Both the position numbers and the translations under genes were made by a program. Shown one piece after another: positions 47,126 through 59,600 of a DNA stretch of 64,000 nucleotides. The stretch is from NCBI RefSeq assembly GCF_000281045.1, contig NW_008246112.1, positions 414,333 to 478,332 of the forward strand, read 5' to 3'. The DNA is from Saprolegnia diclina VS20. Lineage: Eukaryota. Each line of letters begins with the position of its first letter. Position 1 is the first letter of the stretch. Under the pieces are notes generated by a model. That model made no database searches, was not told where the DNA came from, and saw nothing but the letters and a program-made list of their open reading frames with translations.

Positions 47126-49107
47126 GTTGGGAGTTGGCCTCTGTGAAACAGGCTCCGTAAACCACGTGGCGGCCTAAAAATGTGTATACACGTGGCAGCC
47201 TCAGCGGCTCAAGAAATAGCAGCGCCACCTGGCACGAAAAGAAGGCCGCGGTTCGCCACCTTGTTCCAGCTTGGCGATGCAAACGCATGATGTTTGTACA
47301 TAACTGTAGCGCGCGACAAGGTGAAACATGCCAGCCAATACAAACTTGAAAGCATCCAGTTGACGTGGACCTGCTACGATATGCATTTTCCACACTCACC
47401 TTGTCAACACATCGTAGTGCGATTGCCCTGGCTCGCCATTACGACGCCATTTGGGCGCTGCCATCTTGCCGCTTCGAGACGCTGCCATAAGAAGCTAGGT
47501 TACTCATGGGCGATAGCGCTGCTGAACGCAAAGCTGCGATGGCAGCAGCCGGCACACGAGCTTTGCTCGTGTTATCTTTTTGGCGACCAGGCGGCAAATG
47601 AGCAGACGGTCGCAGGACCGCGAGACTGCACCGTCCAGCGCTGTAATATTCTCAGCAATTCACGCTCGATAGTTTGTTCGCTGTGCTGCCCGATGGTTAA
47701 CTCGTCAAGTAGCAAGAGTACGGTCTACAGAATCTCGGGATATCGGTATGCTCGGCGATGTACGACGGCCTGGGCGTACGGGTTGCACCGGTGTCGCTTT
47801 CTCGGTGTCCCAAGATCATCCAAACATGAGTCACATACTACGCAGGGCGACGGAAGACTATGCAAACGTCGCGCGGAGACTAGCATTACGCACTTCACCG
47901 AGCTCGCCGCGGCGACGCACGTTTTGTGGACCGTTCGGAGCATGTTCCGAAGCCCGCACTGCGACACCGAACCAAGCGCCATCGAATATCCCGATGGAGT
48001 GCACTCTACCTTGAAGTTTCTTGCACCGCCTAGTGCATTGAAGCACTAACGTTATTAATAATATAAGTACTGCTACAGCTACTGCTACGTTGTACGCTAC
48101 GTAGTAAGAAGAAAGGCGCGTGCACGTCAATGATTCGTCACGACGCCAAGTGGTGAGGTCATCGGTGGCCACGGGAAGCGTCGCAGGCGCTGCCACGTCA
48201 GATATTTGAATCCCTATCCCTACCCCAGCAAAATCTGAAAATCATAATTTTGGCCACATGGAAGAGAGGAGTTCACTATTAATAGTACGCAGCAGTCCAA
48301 AACTAGGATGTACTACATACTTTCGCAGCAGCTCGAATGTTTGGTCTGATAACCTGGTTTGCGGCCTTGGTTTGCAGTGACCGTAGTACCTTGCGACGTA
48401 TTATGCGTTGATTGAAGCCGCAAGCCGGCGCGGCTCTCTCAGAGCTCCCATGCGGAACCATCGGCGTCGCATCCAAAACCGCCCATCGCTCCCATTGATG
48501 GGTATCGCGCTCACCTGGGCGCTTACTGTATGACGATTCGGATCATTCCGCTTCGCAACTTGAGCGCGCTGTATGGTTTGGCTGTCCACGTATATCCATG
48601 AATCTCAATAGGATGCGTGAAAGGCCATGTCCACGGAGCTTGCTCCAAACCGAGTCTTCAGGGCATAGTCCACTGCATTCTTAGAGTGCTTCCAGTACTT
48701 GGTGTAGTTGATATGTACAGTACACGTGGACCCCTTGGCAACGTCCTTTAACGTGGTCATGAAAATATGCCGTCATTTGTGACGGTCGTGCGCGGCATCC
48801 ATGTGTCCATCCGTCTCTCGGGGCGCCCAACGCCTTCGAGCCGTCCATTTTAAGGTGTCCTTTCCACGCGACGTCACCGCTGTGTAGTACACTGTACTAT
48901 GTACCACTGGAAGCAGCAAGGGACCCATGAAGTCCTTCGTCAATGACACCAGCGACATGCTCGCAAGTTTTTATGCACCGACACAGACAAGACGACGCAA
49001 CTCGAAGACGAATATTAAATAGTTACGGGGTTAATTTAAGCAAGAGGACGGGACGCAAGGTATACAGGACGCACACACATGCACGCGGCTGGCAAAGAAG
49101 AGCAGCC

Positions 49108-49647
49108 TCAGTACAGCGCGCTGAACGACCACTCGACGGGGCGACACGCGAGCTTGTTGGTGTGAAACTCGGCGAAGGTCTGCGGCACGTAGTCAGTCGC
49201 TTCGAGGCCCATCGCAAGCGCCAGGTCGTTGATGCTCATGAGCTCCCCGTCCGTGGCGACAGTCGCAACGACCGGCTCGGCGTCCGAGGCGACGATCGTG
49301 GGCGCATCGCCGAATCGAACAACTTTGGTCTCGCTATGGGTTGCCTTGGTGGGCTCCGCGGCCGCCTCCTTGACGGCGCGGATCGTTTGGCTCACGGCGA
49401 GGAGGTAGAGTGCGTTGGACTTGCAATCAACGGAACAGTAGTCGGGCGTCGTGCTAAGGCTCTTGAGGAAGACATGTCTGCAGTTGAAGCAAGTCTGGCG
49501 CTTCTGGTCCCACGTGGCCATGCGAAGGCCGTCAGTCGAGCGCGCACGCGGGCGAAGTGGCGTCCCAACTGGCTCGTATGTCTCGGGGCACGAGACAACG
49601 TCACGCTGCTTGTTGAGGAAGAGGTCGTGCAACAGTGTCGGGAGCAT
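49108..49647 (-). CDS. Small FCS/MYM-like zinc-finger protein, paralog 3
   Basis: WDQKRQTCFNCRHVFLK...YCSVDCKSNALYL and TFAEFHTNKL...VEWSFSALY*. Confidence 0.85.
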   Translation of the reverse strand: MLPTLLHDLFLNKQRDVVSCPETYEPVGTPLRPRARSTDGLRMATWDQKRQTCFNCRHVFLKSLSTTPDYCSVDCKSNALYLLAVSQTIRAVKEAAAEPTKATHSETKVVRFGDAPTIVASDAEPVVATVATDGELMSINDLALAMGLEATDYVPQTFAEFHTNKLACRPVEWSFSALY

Positions 49648-51068
49648 TCTGGGCGCCACGATCCAGGAAATAGGAAAATGAAAATGAAACCCGCAGCGTA
49701 TAACCGTAGTAGCCGCCGCATGATCAGATCACAAGGGTGGCACCCTAACGCCCAAGCGCCAAGCTTCGATATCGATCCTTTTTGGCGCCGTTTGGCTTCG
49801 AACTTCGGTTTTAAATCCTGTGGACGAATCACATGCGCGCATTGGGATCGACCTCCCGCGGAAGGGCCAACCGAAGGCGCTGAAATTCGAAGCTTGGCGT
49901 AACAGTATGAAGGTAGTGGCGGTTTCAGAGGTTGTGAGACGCTAGAAAGCCGGCTATCATGGCCGGTTGCAGGCGCCATGTTGTGCTTTGGCGCCAAATT
50001 AGACGCTGGCAGACGTGCCACACATTACCTTTCCTGCACTGTCAGCCCAATTTTATACGCGACCGTACACTTCGAGTGCACCCCACTTCGAAGATCGGCA
50101 AGGGGCCAGCTGCGCGCGTCGTATCGCAGCTGCACCCGACGGCAACGCATTTGACATGAACGAACGTCTCTTGTTATGAAAACAAGCACGAGACAAGGCA
50201 GGCATCTTATCTGGGTGGTGCGACGACGGCTTCAACGAGGGACCTGCTGCTTCCGCGCAGCGGCAATGGTGTGTCCGCAAGCAGGTCCGCAGCGTGCCAG
50301 CATCTTTTCAAGAACCTTGCGTCTCGTACAGAGCCAGCGGCCGACACGCTGGCGCTATCGACGTACGTGTACTGGCTGACGACGGATCAGCCTACGTGTA
50401 GCATGGAGACCACTCTAGTCGCCCCCCTCTTCTTCCGAGGACAAGGCTGCCCAGCTTCAAAGCCGAGGTTGTCGCAGGTTTATTGGAACGAACCGGGTCA
50501 TTACGTGGCCGCACAAGCAGCCACTTGCGCCGCGCAATCGTTGAGGCAGCCTACAGTGTATGTGTAGTCACCAAGCCGCCATAGAGCTCCGCCATAGCCA
50601 TTGATTTCTCAATTGACTTCGCTTCTATGCGCTCCGTGTTGAGCACCAAGGGCGAGGCTGCGGTCAATAAACTGTCGGATTCCTGCGCCACGCCTGGATC
50701 TAACCTGCCAAGTATCGCAGCTCCAAAGTGTAAACGAATCATGCCAGTAGAACGATTTGTCTCGGAGTAGCTTCCCCGTCTTTAGCAGCGTCATTGCACA
50801 GACCATGAAGCGTCGTCGGTATAGCGCCATGTCCTCCAGGTTGATTGTAGTTGATGCTTGAGATTGTACTGTCCTTGTTGATACAATAACACGATTCGTG
50901 GTTGGGTGTTGATGATTCGTCGAGATGTTTGAAATTATAGCATAAGATAACGATTAATCTAGTTTTGAAGCGGATCGATCAAATTCGCCGCAGGAAGCTG
51001 GCTGGCAACCGTTGGCATGTTCCGTTTGAAATCAGTGTCGATCATTGGAAAGAAGGTATTAATCCTAT

Positions 51069-51238
51069 NNNNNNNNNNNNNNNNNNNNNNNNNNNNNNNN
51101 NNNNNNNNNNNNNNNNNNNNNNNNNNNNNNNNNNNNNNNNNNNNNNNNNNNNNNNNNNNNNNNNNNNNNNNNNNNNNNNNNNNNNNNNNNNNNNNNNNNN
51201 NNNNNNNNNNNNNNNNNNNNNNNNNNNNNNNNNNNNNN
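51069..51238. other. Assembly gap (N run) flanked by an identical 58-bp duplication
   Basis: N run; 51011-51068 is repeated at 51239-51296. Confidence 0.95.
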
Positions 51239-54200
51239 GTTGGCATGTTCCGTTTGAAATCAGTGTCGATCATTGGAAAGAAGGTATTAATCCTATCATT
51301 TCGATGATAATCACTACAGCTAGTCATTCATTTAGATGTCGTAGACGCGTGCGGCTAACTCGCAGCAAGCTGCAAGGTCACCATAGCACACGAATACATT
51401 GCTTTCGGGAGTTTGTTGAGGGAGAATATCCATCGGGTATGATAAATCCCGAAGAAGGTCCCAGTGTATAGTGCTATATAGAGGTTGAAGTGAAATGTAA
51501 CCTAGGCACCCGAGGTTCTTCCTAACGGAAGTAGGAAGACCCTTGAAACTATGCCGGCCAGATCTGCTTTCGGCAGGATTTGGAGGGAGTGTGTTCATTC
51601 ACGAAATATATCGTACACCTCCTAATGAGTACCTGCCCATATGTAATTATGCAGATCGTACATATTTGATCGAGGGGATGATCAGGGTTAAAAAGCTCTT
51701 AGATGGTTAGTCAACACGTAAGCTTCAGAGTTGGATTATCTGTATAGCATCACGCCATCCCCGTTGAAGAAAATCAAAAGCACAAGTCAGAGCAAGGATG
51801 ATAATGTTCTCGTCACAGACCAAACCTTTAGGCTGGATCAGAGAGATTCCCATTTTATCAAATTCATCACTCTTGTACAAGAAAAATGCAGAGAATAAAA
51901 GATTATAAATTGATTGGAGATCAGATAGGAGCGAAAGACATTGCTGATGTTAGTTCATCATAAATTTTCAGTTGAACTATGCATATTCAAATCATCAAGT
52001 CGCCAATCGAATACAGAATTATACGTAGAAGGAAGATGTAGCTCAGTAGGAAGGCAGCAGAAAGAGTTTCGTTGTTTCATGACATGACGTAAAGCCATAG
52101 CTCAAAAACACATATCCTTTCATTCATCGTGGCTACGTGAAAAACTAATATACAGATAGAAAAATGCAGCGAAGGAGGATTCAGGCAGTATGAATAACTA
52201 GGGTCCACAGCAACCGCGTTGGCAAACGCGTTCGGAAGGTGTCCTAAGTAAGTTTCACATCATAATCCGTCGCGGACACGCTCTCTGTGAAGAGAGCGTA
52301 GCGTACTACAACTACTCGATATCCAGGTCGATCAAACCATCACTGTGCAAGCACAGAGTCTTTCGGTCTAGTCAGCTTCGATCTTATGGGGAAAGAAGGT
52401 ATATCTTTTCATTTCGACCAGGCGGACTATTGGTGCTACTTCGACGAGGCAAATGCAAGAATGAGTTACGTCGACGCCAGCGTTCCCGTCCGGATAAGGT
52501 CGCCACATGAGTGGTTCCCGAGCGCAGTGCCAGTCGACAGGCGCTATCCGGATACCTCGGACCAGAGCCAATCAAATCGCACCACGAGCACCAGTGCGAA
52601 ACGGCGCGGGTGCGATGGATGAAAACACGCAACGTTTCCGATCTCCACCTTTTCACCGAGGCATGCTTGGCGTCGCTGCCATCAAGTACAATGTCGTCTA
52701 TTCTACCGGTAGTATAGATGATGCGAGTGGTGCTAAGGTCCTAAGAGATGGAGAAAGCAGCGCGATGAAGGTTGCATGTTGAAGCTGCGATGTGGTCGAT
52801 CAGAGCAGGTCGCTGCACGCAAAGGGCTCGAAATTGTGCTCGAGGTGGGGAAGCAAGGCCAAACAAGCGACACCGCCATGTGCATTGAGAACGGTAGCTC
52901 AAGGACACGTGCGTAAAGCTAGATGTGACGCGGAAGGCTTTATCGCGCTTTGTTTATGTGCTGTACCATCGACAAGCAGTGCGCGTGGAGCATCCTTCCC
53001 GTGACTCCTTGTTGACATTGTGTATCAACACAAGACGATGTCCATTCTACCGTAGGCTAGCCGGCACGTGCGCATTCGTACCGGGTATCGCAACGTCGCC
53101 GTCCTCGAAGGACCAACTCTTCTTGAGATGCGCTGTGGTTTGGCACGATGCAGTCCTCGGATGGCTTCAGTAATCGTGACTTGGCCCAATAAACGCTGTT
53201 GGGCAAAGGCGAGTTTACGGCCGCAGTACTGTCGAAGTGCTCGAACTAGTAACTGATTTCACCTATGTCCTGGCAGTAGGTGTCGGGATGCAAACGAACG
53301 GAGCTGCATGCCGCAATTTCCTCTGTGTAGCGCTCCTATGCAGTGCTCCTAAAAGTGGTGCTGCCTCTAGCACTTGACGTCAGAAAACACATCGCTCTCG
53401 GTCAACTCCTCGAATCGATTCGGACCCGAGTCACGTTTGGCCAAGTTTATTCCATTGTCTTTGGCTTTCTGCAGTGCGACCGTACATCCACGCCGTCCAC
53501 CCTTGCGTGGTAGCCTCATACATTCTTCACGCGTCGTTGTGCTTGGACACACACAACCTGCGAAGCTTTACGTAGACGTACTAGCTGTAGTCCAACGAGG
53601 TTGCGTGTGCAGTTGATCGTGCGACTACGAAGGACAAATAGCGTCCCCAGTTGTTCGAGCCCCTGCGGCGAGACGCGATGAACCGAATATACTTGATGCA
53701 CCTTGCGTCGACCACCAGGATGAGTTTGTCGCTCGCCTCGAGACCGTCCGACTCGTTCTCGAGACTTCTTGTTGCAACCAGGGTAGCACGATGGTCAAAT
53801 GAGTTGCACGGCCTCGACTACTGCACTTACTATCAATACGTTCTAGTGTTGAAGCCGAACGACGCGAATGGGCATCCCCGTTCTAACAACTAGTACTACC
53901 GTCCTACTGCCCACCGCAGTATGATCCGGCGAATATGTTAAGAGCACTGGCAAGGATCAATAACTCGTACACAGATCGTAAACCGATCCTTGGTCCTGTT
54001 GTCCACCAACCAACCATATTAGTAGCGTCCGATTAATCCAGGAGAAGCGTGTTTGTGGTACTACAGCGGACGACCGCCACGCACTGTTCAGTAGAATTAA
54101 TCGAAGAAGCGGTACTTATGTACCTGGCGCATGGTCCTGTTGTGTGTGGTCGAGAGGATGCTTGCAGCCTTCCCGAGCCCACACGAGCAACTAAGCTCAA

Positions 54201-54349
54201 AGCTATGGAGCCATGATAGGCACGTACTGGATGTATATACACCTATTGAGTAGACGCAAATGAATGAGCAGTCGCTACTCTCGTCTTTGGTCGCAGTATC
54301 CTACCCACGCTCCAATTCAAATTTGCCCGCGCGAATGGCCTTTTCGCGG

Positions 54350-54700
54350 CATGTGATTGGCTACTTGGGGAAACGGCGCGCGGCAAACCAATTTCAGCCA
54401 ATAAGAAACGCCATTGCGCGCACAGCCCTGGTGCTGTCCGGGGAAACATGATCGCAGCAGCATCGTAGCGCCCCTTGGAAATGCTGAGCTTCGGAAGGAT
54501 ATGAGCGCTCGGTCACGGTACGTGCCGCCGGTAGCAGTCGGTGTGATGCGTGGGGGTTTCGCCATCAAAATATTCATTCTGATTGGGCCAAAAGGGCGTG
54601 ACATGGACGCCAATTGGCTAAAAAAGAAACGCGGCAAAAAGTGCGCGCAAACGAGCATGTTTTTGGCCAATCAGCGACGACGTATTTTCAATTTCAAACC
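54350..54700 (+). promoter_or_regulatory. CCAAT-box-rich promoter of the atypical kinase
   Basis: CCAAT/ATTGG at about 54356, 54388, 54398, 54582, 54610 and 54667. Confidence 0.55.
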
Positions 54701-54734
54701 TGACGCAAATTATTTTCCGAATTCGACGCCCAGG

Positions 54735-56207
54735 ATGGAACCTCTGGCCTCCCCGACCGCGACGTGGAAGCGTCAGAAGAAGTTCACGCCGACGCGGTCC
54801 GTCGTGGCGTCGCCCCAGGCCATGAAGACGCGCAGCCGCCGGACGTGCCAAGCGCTCCTCTTCAGCCCCGAGCCCGAGCCGGCGGCGAAGCGCGTCAAAC
54901 TGGACATCGCCGAGAGCCCCAAGACCGAGGTCGAGGACGACGCCGCCGCCGACGACATCGGCGAGGAGGTGCTTTCGGGCTTTACGAGCAGCTCCAAGAT
55001 TGAAGACGTCGGCCTCTTCAACTGCGACCAGGACGTCGAGTTCTCTGGTGGGCTCTATGGCGAAGGCACGGACGGCAAGGTGAGCGCGTGCAGCGTCCAC
55101 GGGCAAAAGGTCGCATTGAAGCGCGCCAAGCCCCACGACGGCTTTACGAAGGAGCAGGCCAAGCACAAGACGGCCGTCGAGCTGCACTACCTGCGCCGCG
55201 TCCGCCACAAGCCCGGCTTCATCCAGTGTCTCGGCATGTGCGATGGCATTGAGCACACGTGCATTGCGCTCGAGGTCATGGACTGCAAGCTCAGCGACTA
55301 TCAGCGCAAGCGCATGGGCCACAAGAAGCCGTTTCCGCAAGCGGTCGCACATCGGCTGCTCAAGCAGATTGCGCAAGCCATGATGATCCTCCACGAAGAG
55401 GTCGACGCGGCCCATGGCGACCTCGCTTGCCGCAACATCCTCGTGCGCATGCCACCAAAAGGCTTTGAAGACAAGTTTGATCCCGAGATCAAGCTCAGCG
55501 ACTTTGGCCGCATCAAAACGAAGGACGACGAGCCGCCGATCCTCAAGTCCAACTTTAGCTTTTACAAAAACGCGGACGTCGGGTCCTTTGGCCGGGACGT
55601 ACTCTACCGTCTCCTCGTCGGCGACGTGCTTCCGGCGACGGCGCTCGAGTCGCGGTCGCTCCACCGCCTCCTCCAGGACAGCGTCGTCAAGGCGCTGCCA
55701 GACGGCGCCGCGGCCGCCCTCGGCCCGTACGAGCATCTCTTCAAAAAGTGCGTCGCGTGGGGCGTGCGCCCGTCCTTCCGCATGATCCACGACCACCTCG
55801 ATTCGCTCGAGGTCTTCGAGTCGTTTGAGAACGGTCTCTTTCCGCTCAAGCCCAACCTCTCGCAGACGCCGACGTCGACGACCAAGGCCGGCACGGACCC
55901 GTCGCTCGTGTCGCCCAACCTCGACGGCATCAAGCGCAACCTCGCCTACCAGCTCTCGTCGCAGAGCAAGTCGGTCTCCAAGAAGCAGCTCGACATGATG
56001 TACCAGTCGCCGCCGGCCAAGACAAAAGAGAACGTGACGCCGGTCGCAGAGAAGGTCAACTGGCTCCGGCCGCGCTCCGTGGGACCGACAAGTGGGACGA
56101 CAACGACCGCCACGAGTGCGTCCAAGCCCGGTGGCGCGTCGCGCCGGTCGCTCAAGATTCTGAGCGAGATCTCCAAGCAGCGCTACTTGAGCAACAAGCA
56201 GCCATAG
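54735..56207 (+). CDS. Atypical protein kinase with tyrosine-kinase-like catalytic loop (HGDLACRN), intronless
   Basis: GEGTDGKV, VALK, alphaC Glu (VELHYL), HGDLACRNILV, KLSDFG, DVGSFG and RPSF. No APE motif; disordered SP/TP-rich tails. Confidence 0.85.
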   Translation: MEPLASPTATWKRQKKFTPTRSVVASPQAMKTRSRRTCQALLFSPEPEPAAKRVKLDIAESPKTEVEDDAAADDIGEEVLSGFTSSSKIEDVGLFNCDQDVEFSGGLYGEGTDGKVSACSVHGQKVALKRAKPHDGFTKEQAKHKTAVELHYLRRVRHKPGFIQCLGMCDGIEHTCIALEVMDCKLSDYQRKRMGHKKPFPQAVAHRLLKQIAQAMMILHEEVDAAHGDLACRNILVRMPPKGFEDKFDPEIKLSDFGRIKTKDDEPPILKSNFSFYKNADVGSFGRDVLYRLLVGDVLPATALESRSLHRLLQDSVVKALPDGAAAALGPYEHLFKKCVAWGVRPSFRMIHDHLDSLEVFESFENGLFPLKPNLSQTPTSTTKAGTDPSLVSPNLDGIKRNLAYQLSSQSKSVSKKQLDMMYQSPPAKTKENVTPVAEKVNWLRPRSVGPTSGTTTTATSASKPGGASRRSLKILSEISKQRYLSNKQP

Positions 56208-56600
56208 TCCAGACCATTGGTTCCGTCACGTCGCCTTATTTACTGTCCATACACCTATAATACATTGATGTAATCCCTGGACGTGAGAGCTTGTTCAGAC
56301 GTCTTGTCGCCATGACGATGCTGCGTCAGCGCTGTGTTTAAACAGAGCGTCCTCCACTGGCGCATCGCTGCTTCGATCCTCGTCGACCCTTCGAGGTACT
56401 TGGTCGTAGGTCCAGTGTTATGACAACATTAGCTCATGAGCGAGAAGACTGCTCGTCGACTCTCGAGTCGCTGGTGTGGCGGGGCCGCCGGAAACCGCGC
56501 CATTTTTATCCGGCGCTCAATGGTGCGGCGGTTGGTTTATCCGGATAATCGACCTGGGGCGCATATTCGGAAGATATCGCCATCGGCCCGCAGCAGCAGC

Positions 56601-59600
56601 ATGGGACGAAACGGATCGAAGCGCCGGCGCGGCCGCCATGCCGAGGCGATCGACGTGGAAGACCATGAGGACGAGGGCGACCGCATGGACATCCTTGCTC
56701 GGCTGCCACAGAGGGTGCGAGGAAGGGTGCATGATGATGACCCGCATGGCAACGATGCTTCATAGGACGACACGATGGAAGAGGACGACGCGGACGAGTA
56801 CGAAGAAGCGGTTGACGGTGAAGAAGAAGCAGTCGACGATGGTGAAGGTGGCGAGAGCGATGTCGAGGAGAATGAGAACGACGACGACAATGACGAAGAA
56901 GACGACGACGACGATGAGGCAGCGCAAGAGGTTGCACCGACGTATCCGCGGCGATCACGACGCCACTCGCACAACCCCACAGACGAAGACGACGACGTCG
57001 TTGTCATCGAGACGAACCGGCGCACGACGCATGTACGACCTTATTTTGCCATGACTTGCACCTCTATCCTCAATGTCCTAGGACCGAGCCGAGCACCGAG
57101 CCGCGCGTCGATCGTCGCATCGATCGTCGCTTGCCGACGACAGCGAAGTGGATGCTGCTTTTGCAGCTGAAGAGTCGCGCCGGGCGCGTCGTGCACGACG
57201 CGACGAAGTCATGGACGTGGACGAAGCACCCGCTGCAACGTCGCGCAGCACCCGACGGAATCGTCGCGCCGTCCACGAAGATGATGCAGTCGATGAGAAC
57301 GAGGACGAGGACGAGGACCATGGGCATCGCCTCGAGCGCTCGTCGCGACGCCGCACACGCCGGTCCAACGACGTTCACGATGACGAAGACGAGGACGAGG
57401 AGACGCCACCGACGACCAAAGCCTACACGTTCCGGAACCGATCGCAGCGCCACTTTCGCTACACGCCAGACGAGCCTGTGAAGCGCTTGAAGCGCGAGCC
57501 CGTCGTCGACGACGGCAACCAGTCATCCGAGAGTACGCGGCAAACGCAAGCGATGGACCGGGCGCGGCGCTACGCGTTGCGGCAGCAGCAGCACCACGAG
57601 GACGGGTTTCTCGAACAAGCTGCGACCGGCGCGCTCCACAAGCCGAGCCGCCGACGCCCGAAGCGTATCCGCGAGCTCTTGGACGAAGTCGAGTCGCTTC
57701 ACGCGGGCAGCGACTCGCCGCCGCCATTGAACTTGAGTGCTGGCTACTCGCTCCGCAACCGCAACACGATCCGGCGGACGGTCTCGACGTACGAGACGCT
57801 GGCAGCAGCCGAGACGCGGCCATCGTCCAAGACGTCGAGCAACCCGTACAGCGACTATTTGAGCCGGCGCAGCAAGAAGGAGTACGAACCGCCGCGCCAT
57901 CGTCGGCAACGCAAACCCGCAGGCAGCTCATCGGACGACGACGACGAAGACCGCATCGTCAAGCGCCACAAGCGCGAAGTGCACGCGATTTTGCCCCTCA
58001 ACGACACCTCGGGCAAGAACGGGCAGCTGCGCGCGGACGTGGCGCCGATCGAGATCGACAAGTCGGTCAACTGGGACTCGGTCGGCGGTCTCCACTCGCA
58101 CATCAACGCACTGAAGGAGATGGTGCTTTTGCCGATGCTATACCCCGAGTTTTACACCAAGTACGGCGTCACGCCGCCGTCCGGGGTCCTCTTTTACGGC
58201 CCACCGGGCACGGGCAAGACGCTCATGGCGCGCGCGCTCGCCAACAGCTGCACGGACCAGCACATTACGTTTTACATGCGGAAGGGCGCTGACTGCTTGA
58301 GCAAGTGGGTCGGCGAGGCCGAGCGCCAGCTGCGGCTCCTCTTTGAACAAGCCAAGCGCACGCAGCCTTCCATCATCTTTTTCGACGAGATCGACGGCCT
58401 TGCGCCCGTGCGCAGCGCCAAGCAAGACCAGATCCACGCTTCGATCGTCTCGACGCTGCTGGCTCTCATGGACGGTATGCCCCGGGTCACGAGAAATGTA
58501 TAAGGTGTGGAGCATATGCGTGTGCTAGGTCTCGACGGCCGCGGTCGCGTCATTGTGATCGGCGCCACCAACCGGTTGGATGCGATCGATCCTGCCCTAC
58601 GCCGCCCCGGTACGCTCGGTGCTGTGTGACGTCGCTCATGTATGCATGTAGGCCGCTTTGATCGCGAACTCGGGTTCACCTTGCCCAACGTGGAGGACCG
58701 CGCTGCGATGCTGCAGATCCACACCAAGTGCTGGCAGCCGCCGCTCGCACCGACCTTTCGCATGGAGTTGGCCAAGCAGCTGCATGGCTATTGTGGCGCC
58801 GACATCAAGGCCCTCTGCGCCGAGACCGCTCTCGTCGCGCTCCATCGCACGTATCCGCAAGTGTATGCGAGCACGGCCAAGCTCGCGATCGACGCGTCTT
58901 CGATCCAGATTTCTCGCGCGGACTTTCACGTTGCCTTCCGAAAGGTCAAGCCCGCTTCCCACCGCAGCCACCAAACGCTCGCGCAGCCGCTGCCGACCAT
59001 GCTTGCCCCACTCCTCGAGGTACGCCTATGACCCGCACGCTGTTTTATACCAAATGATCCGTGCGTAGGATGCTCTGGAAGCCCTTGTCGAAAAGATTGC
59101 GGCCGCGTTCCCGATTGCGACCCAGTCGTTTGATCGGTCGGCCACGCCAGCGGCCCACGCAGGCGCGTCATCGGGTCCGTCCATTTTCCTCGCCGAGCAC
59201 CACGATGCGTCGTGCCATGCGTGCGGTCTCGACGTCGGCGACGCACCTGCTCTGCGCTGCGAGACGTGTCCGCGCTCGCTGCACGCGGCGTGCGCTCCGA
59301 TGTCGGGTATCGTGTGTAGCGGCTGCGCCATGAGTGCACTTGTCGTACTGCCGGCGCAGTTTGCGAGTGCCCAGGCGACGCGTGTTCTGGTGCACGGCGC
59401 CGATGGCATGGGCCAGAGCCCACTCCTTGCTGCGCTCTTGCACCGCTTTGAGCGCCTCCTCGTCTTTTCGCTGGACCTGCCATCGCTCTTGAGCGACATC
59501 AACCACCACAACCTGGAAGAAGCCATGCTCGGGCAGCTCAAGGAGGCCAAGAAGAGCACCCCAAGCATCGTTGTCTTGCCGAACGTGGACGTGTGGTGGC

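Noticed and set aside
47294..48049. 251-aa ORF between zinc-finger paralogs
   Set aside because: Random-like composition, no host codon bias and no domain.
51011..51296. 58-bp direct repeat flanking the N gap (LTR/TSD-like)
   Set aside because: The identical copies abut both gap edges, typical of overlapping contig ends left unmerged.
52035..52110. tRNA-like start GATGTAGCTCAGTAGG
   Set aside because: No T-arm (GTTCRA) or acceptor-stem pairing downstream.
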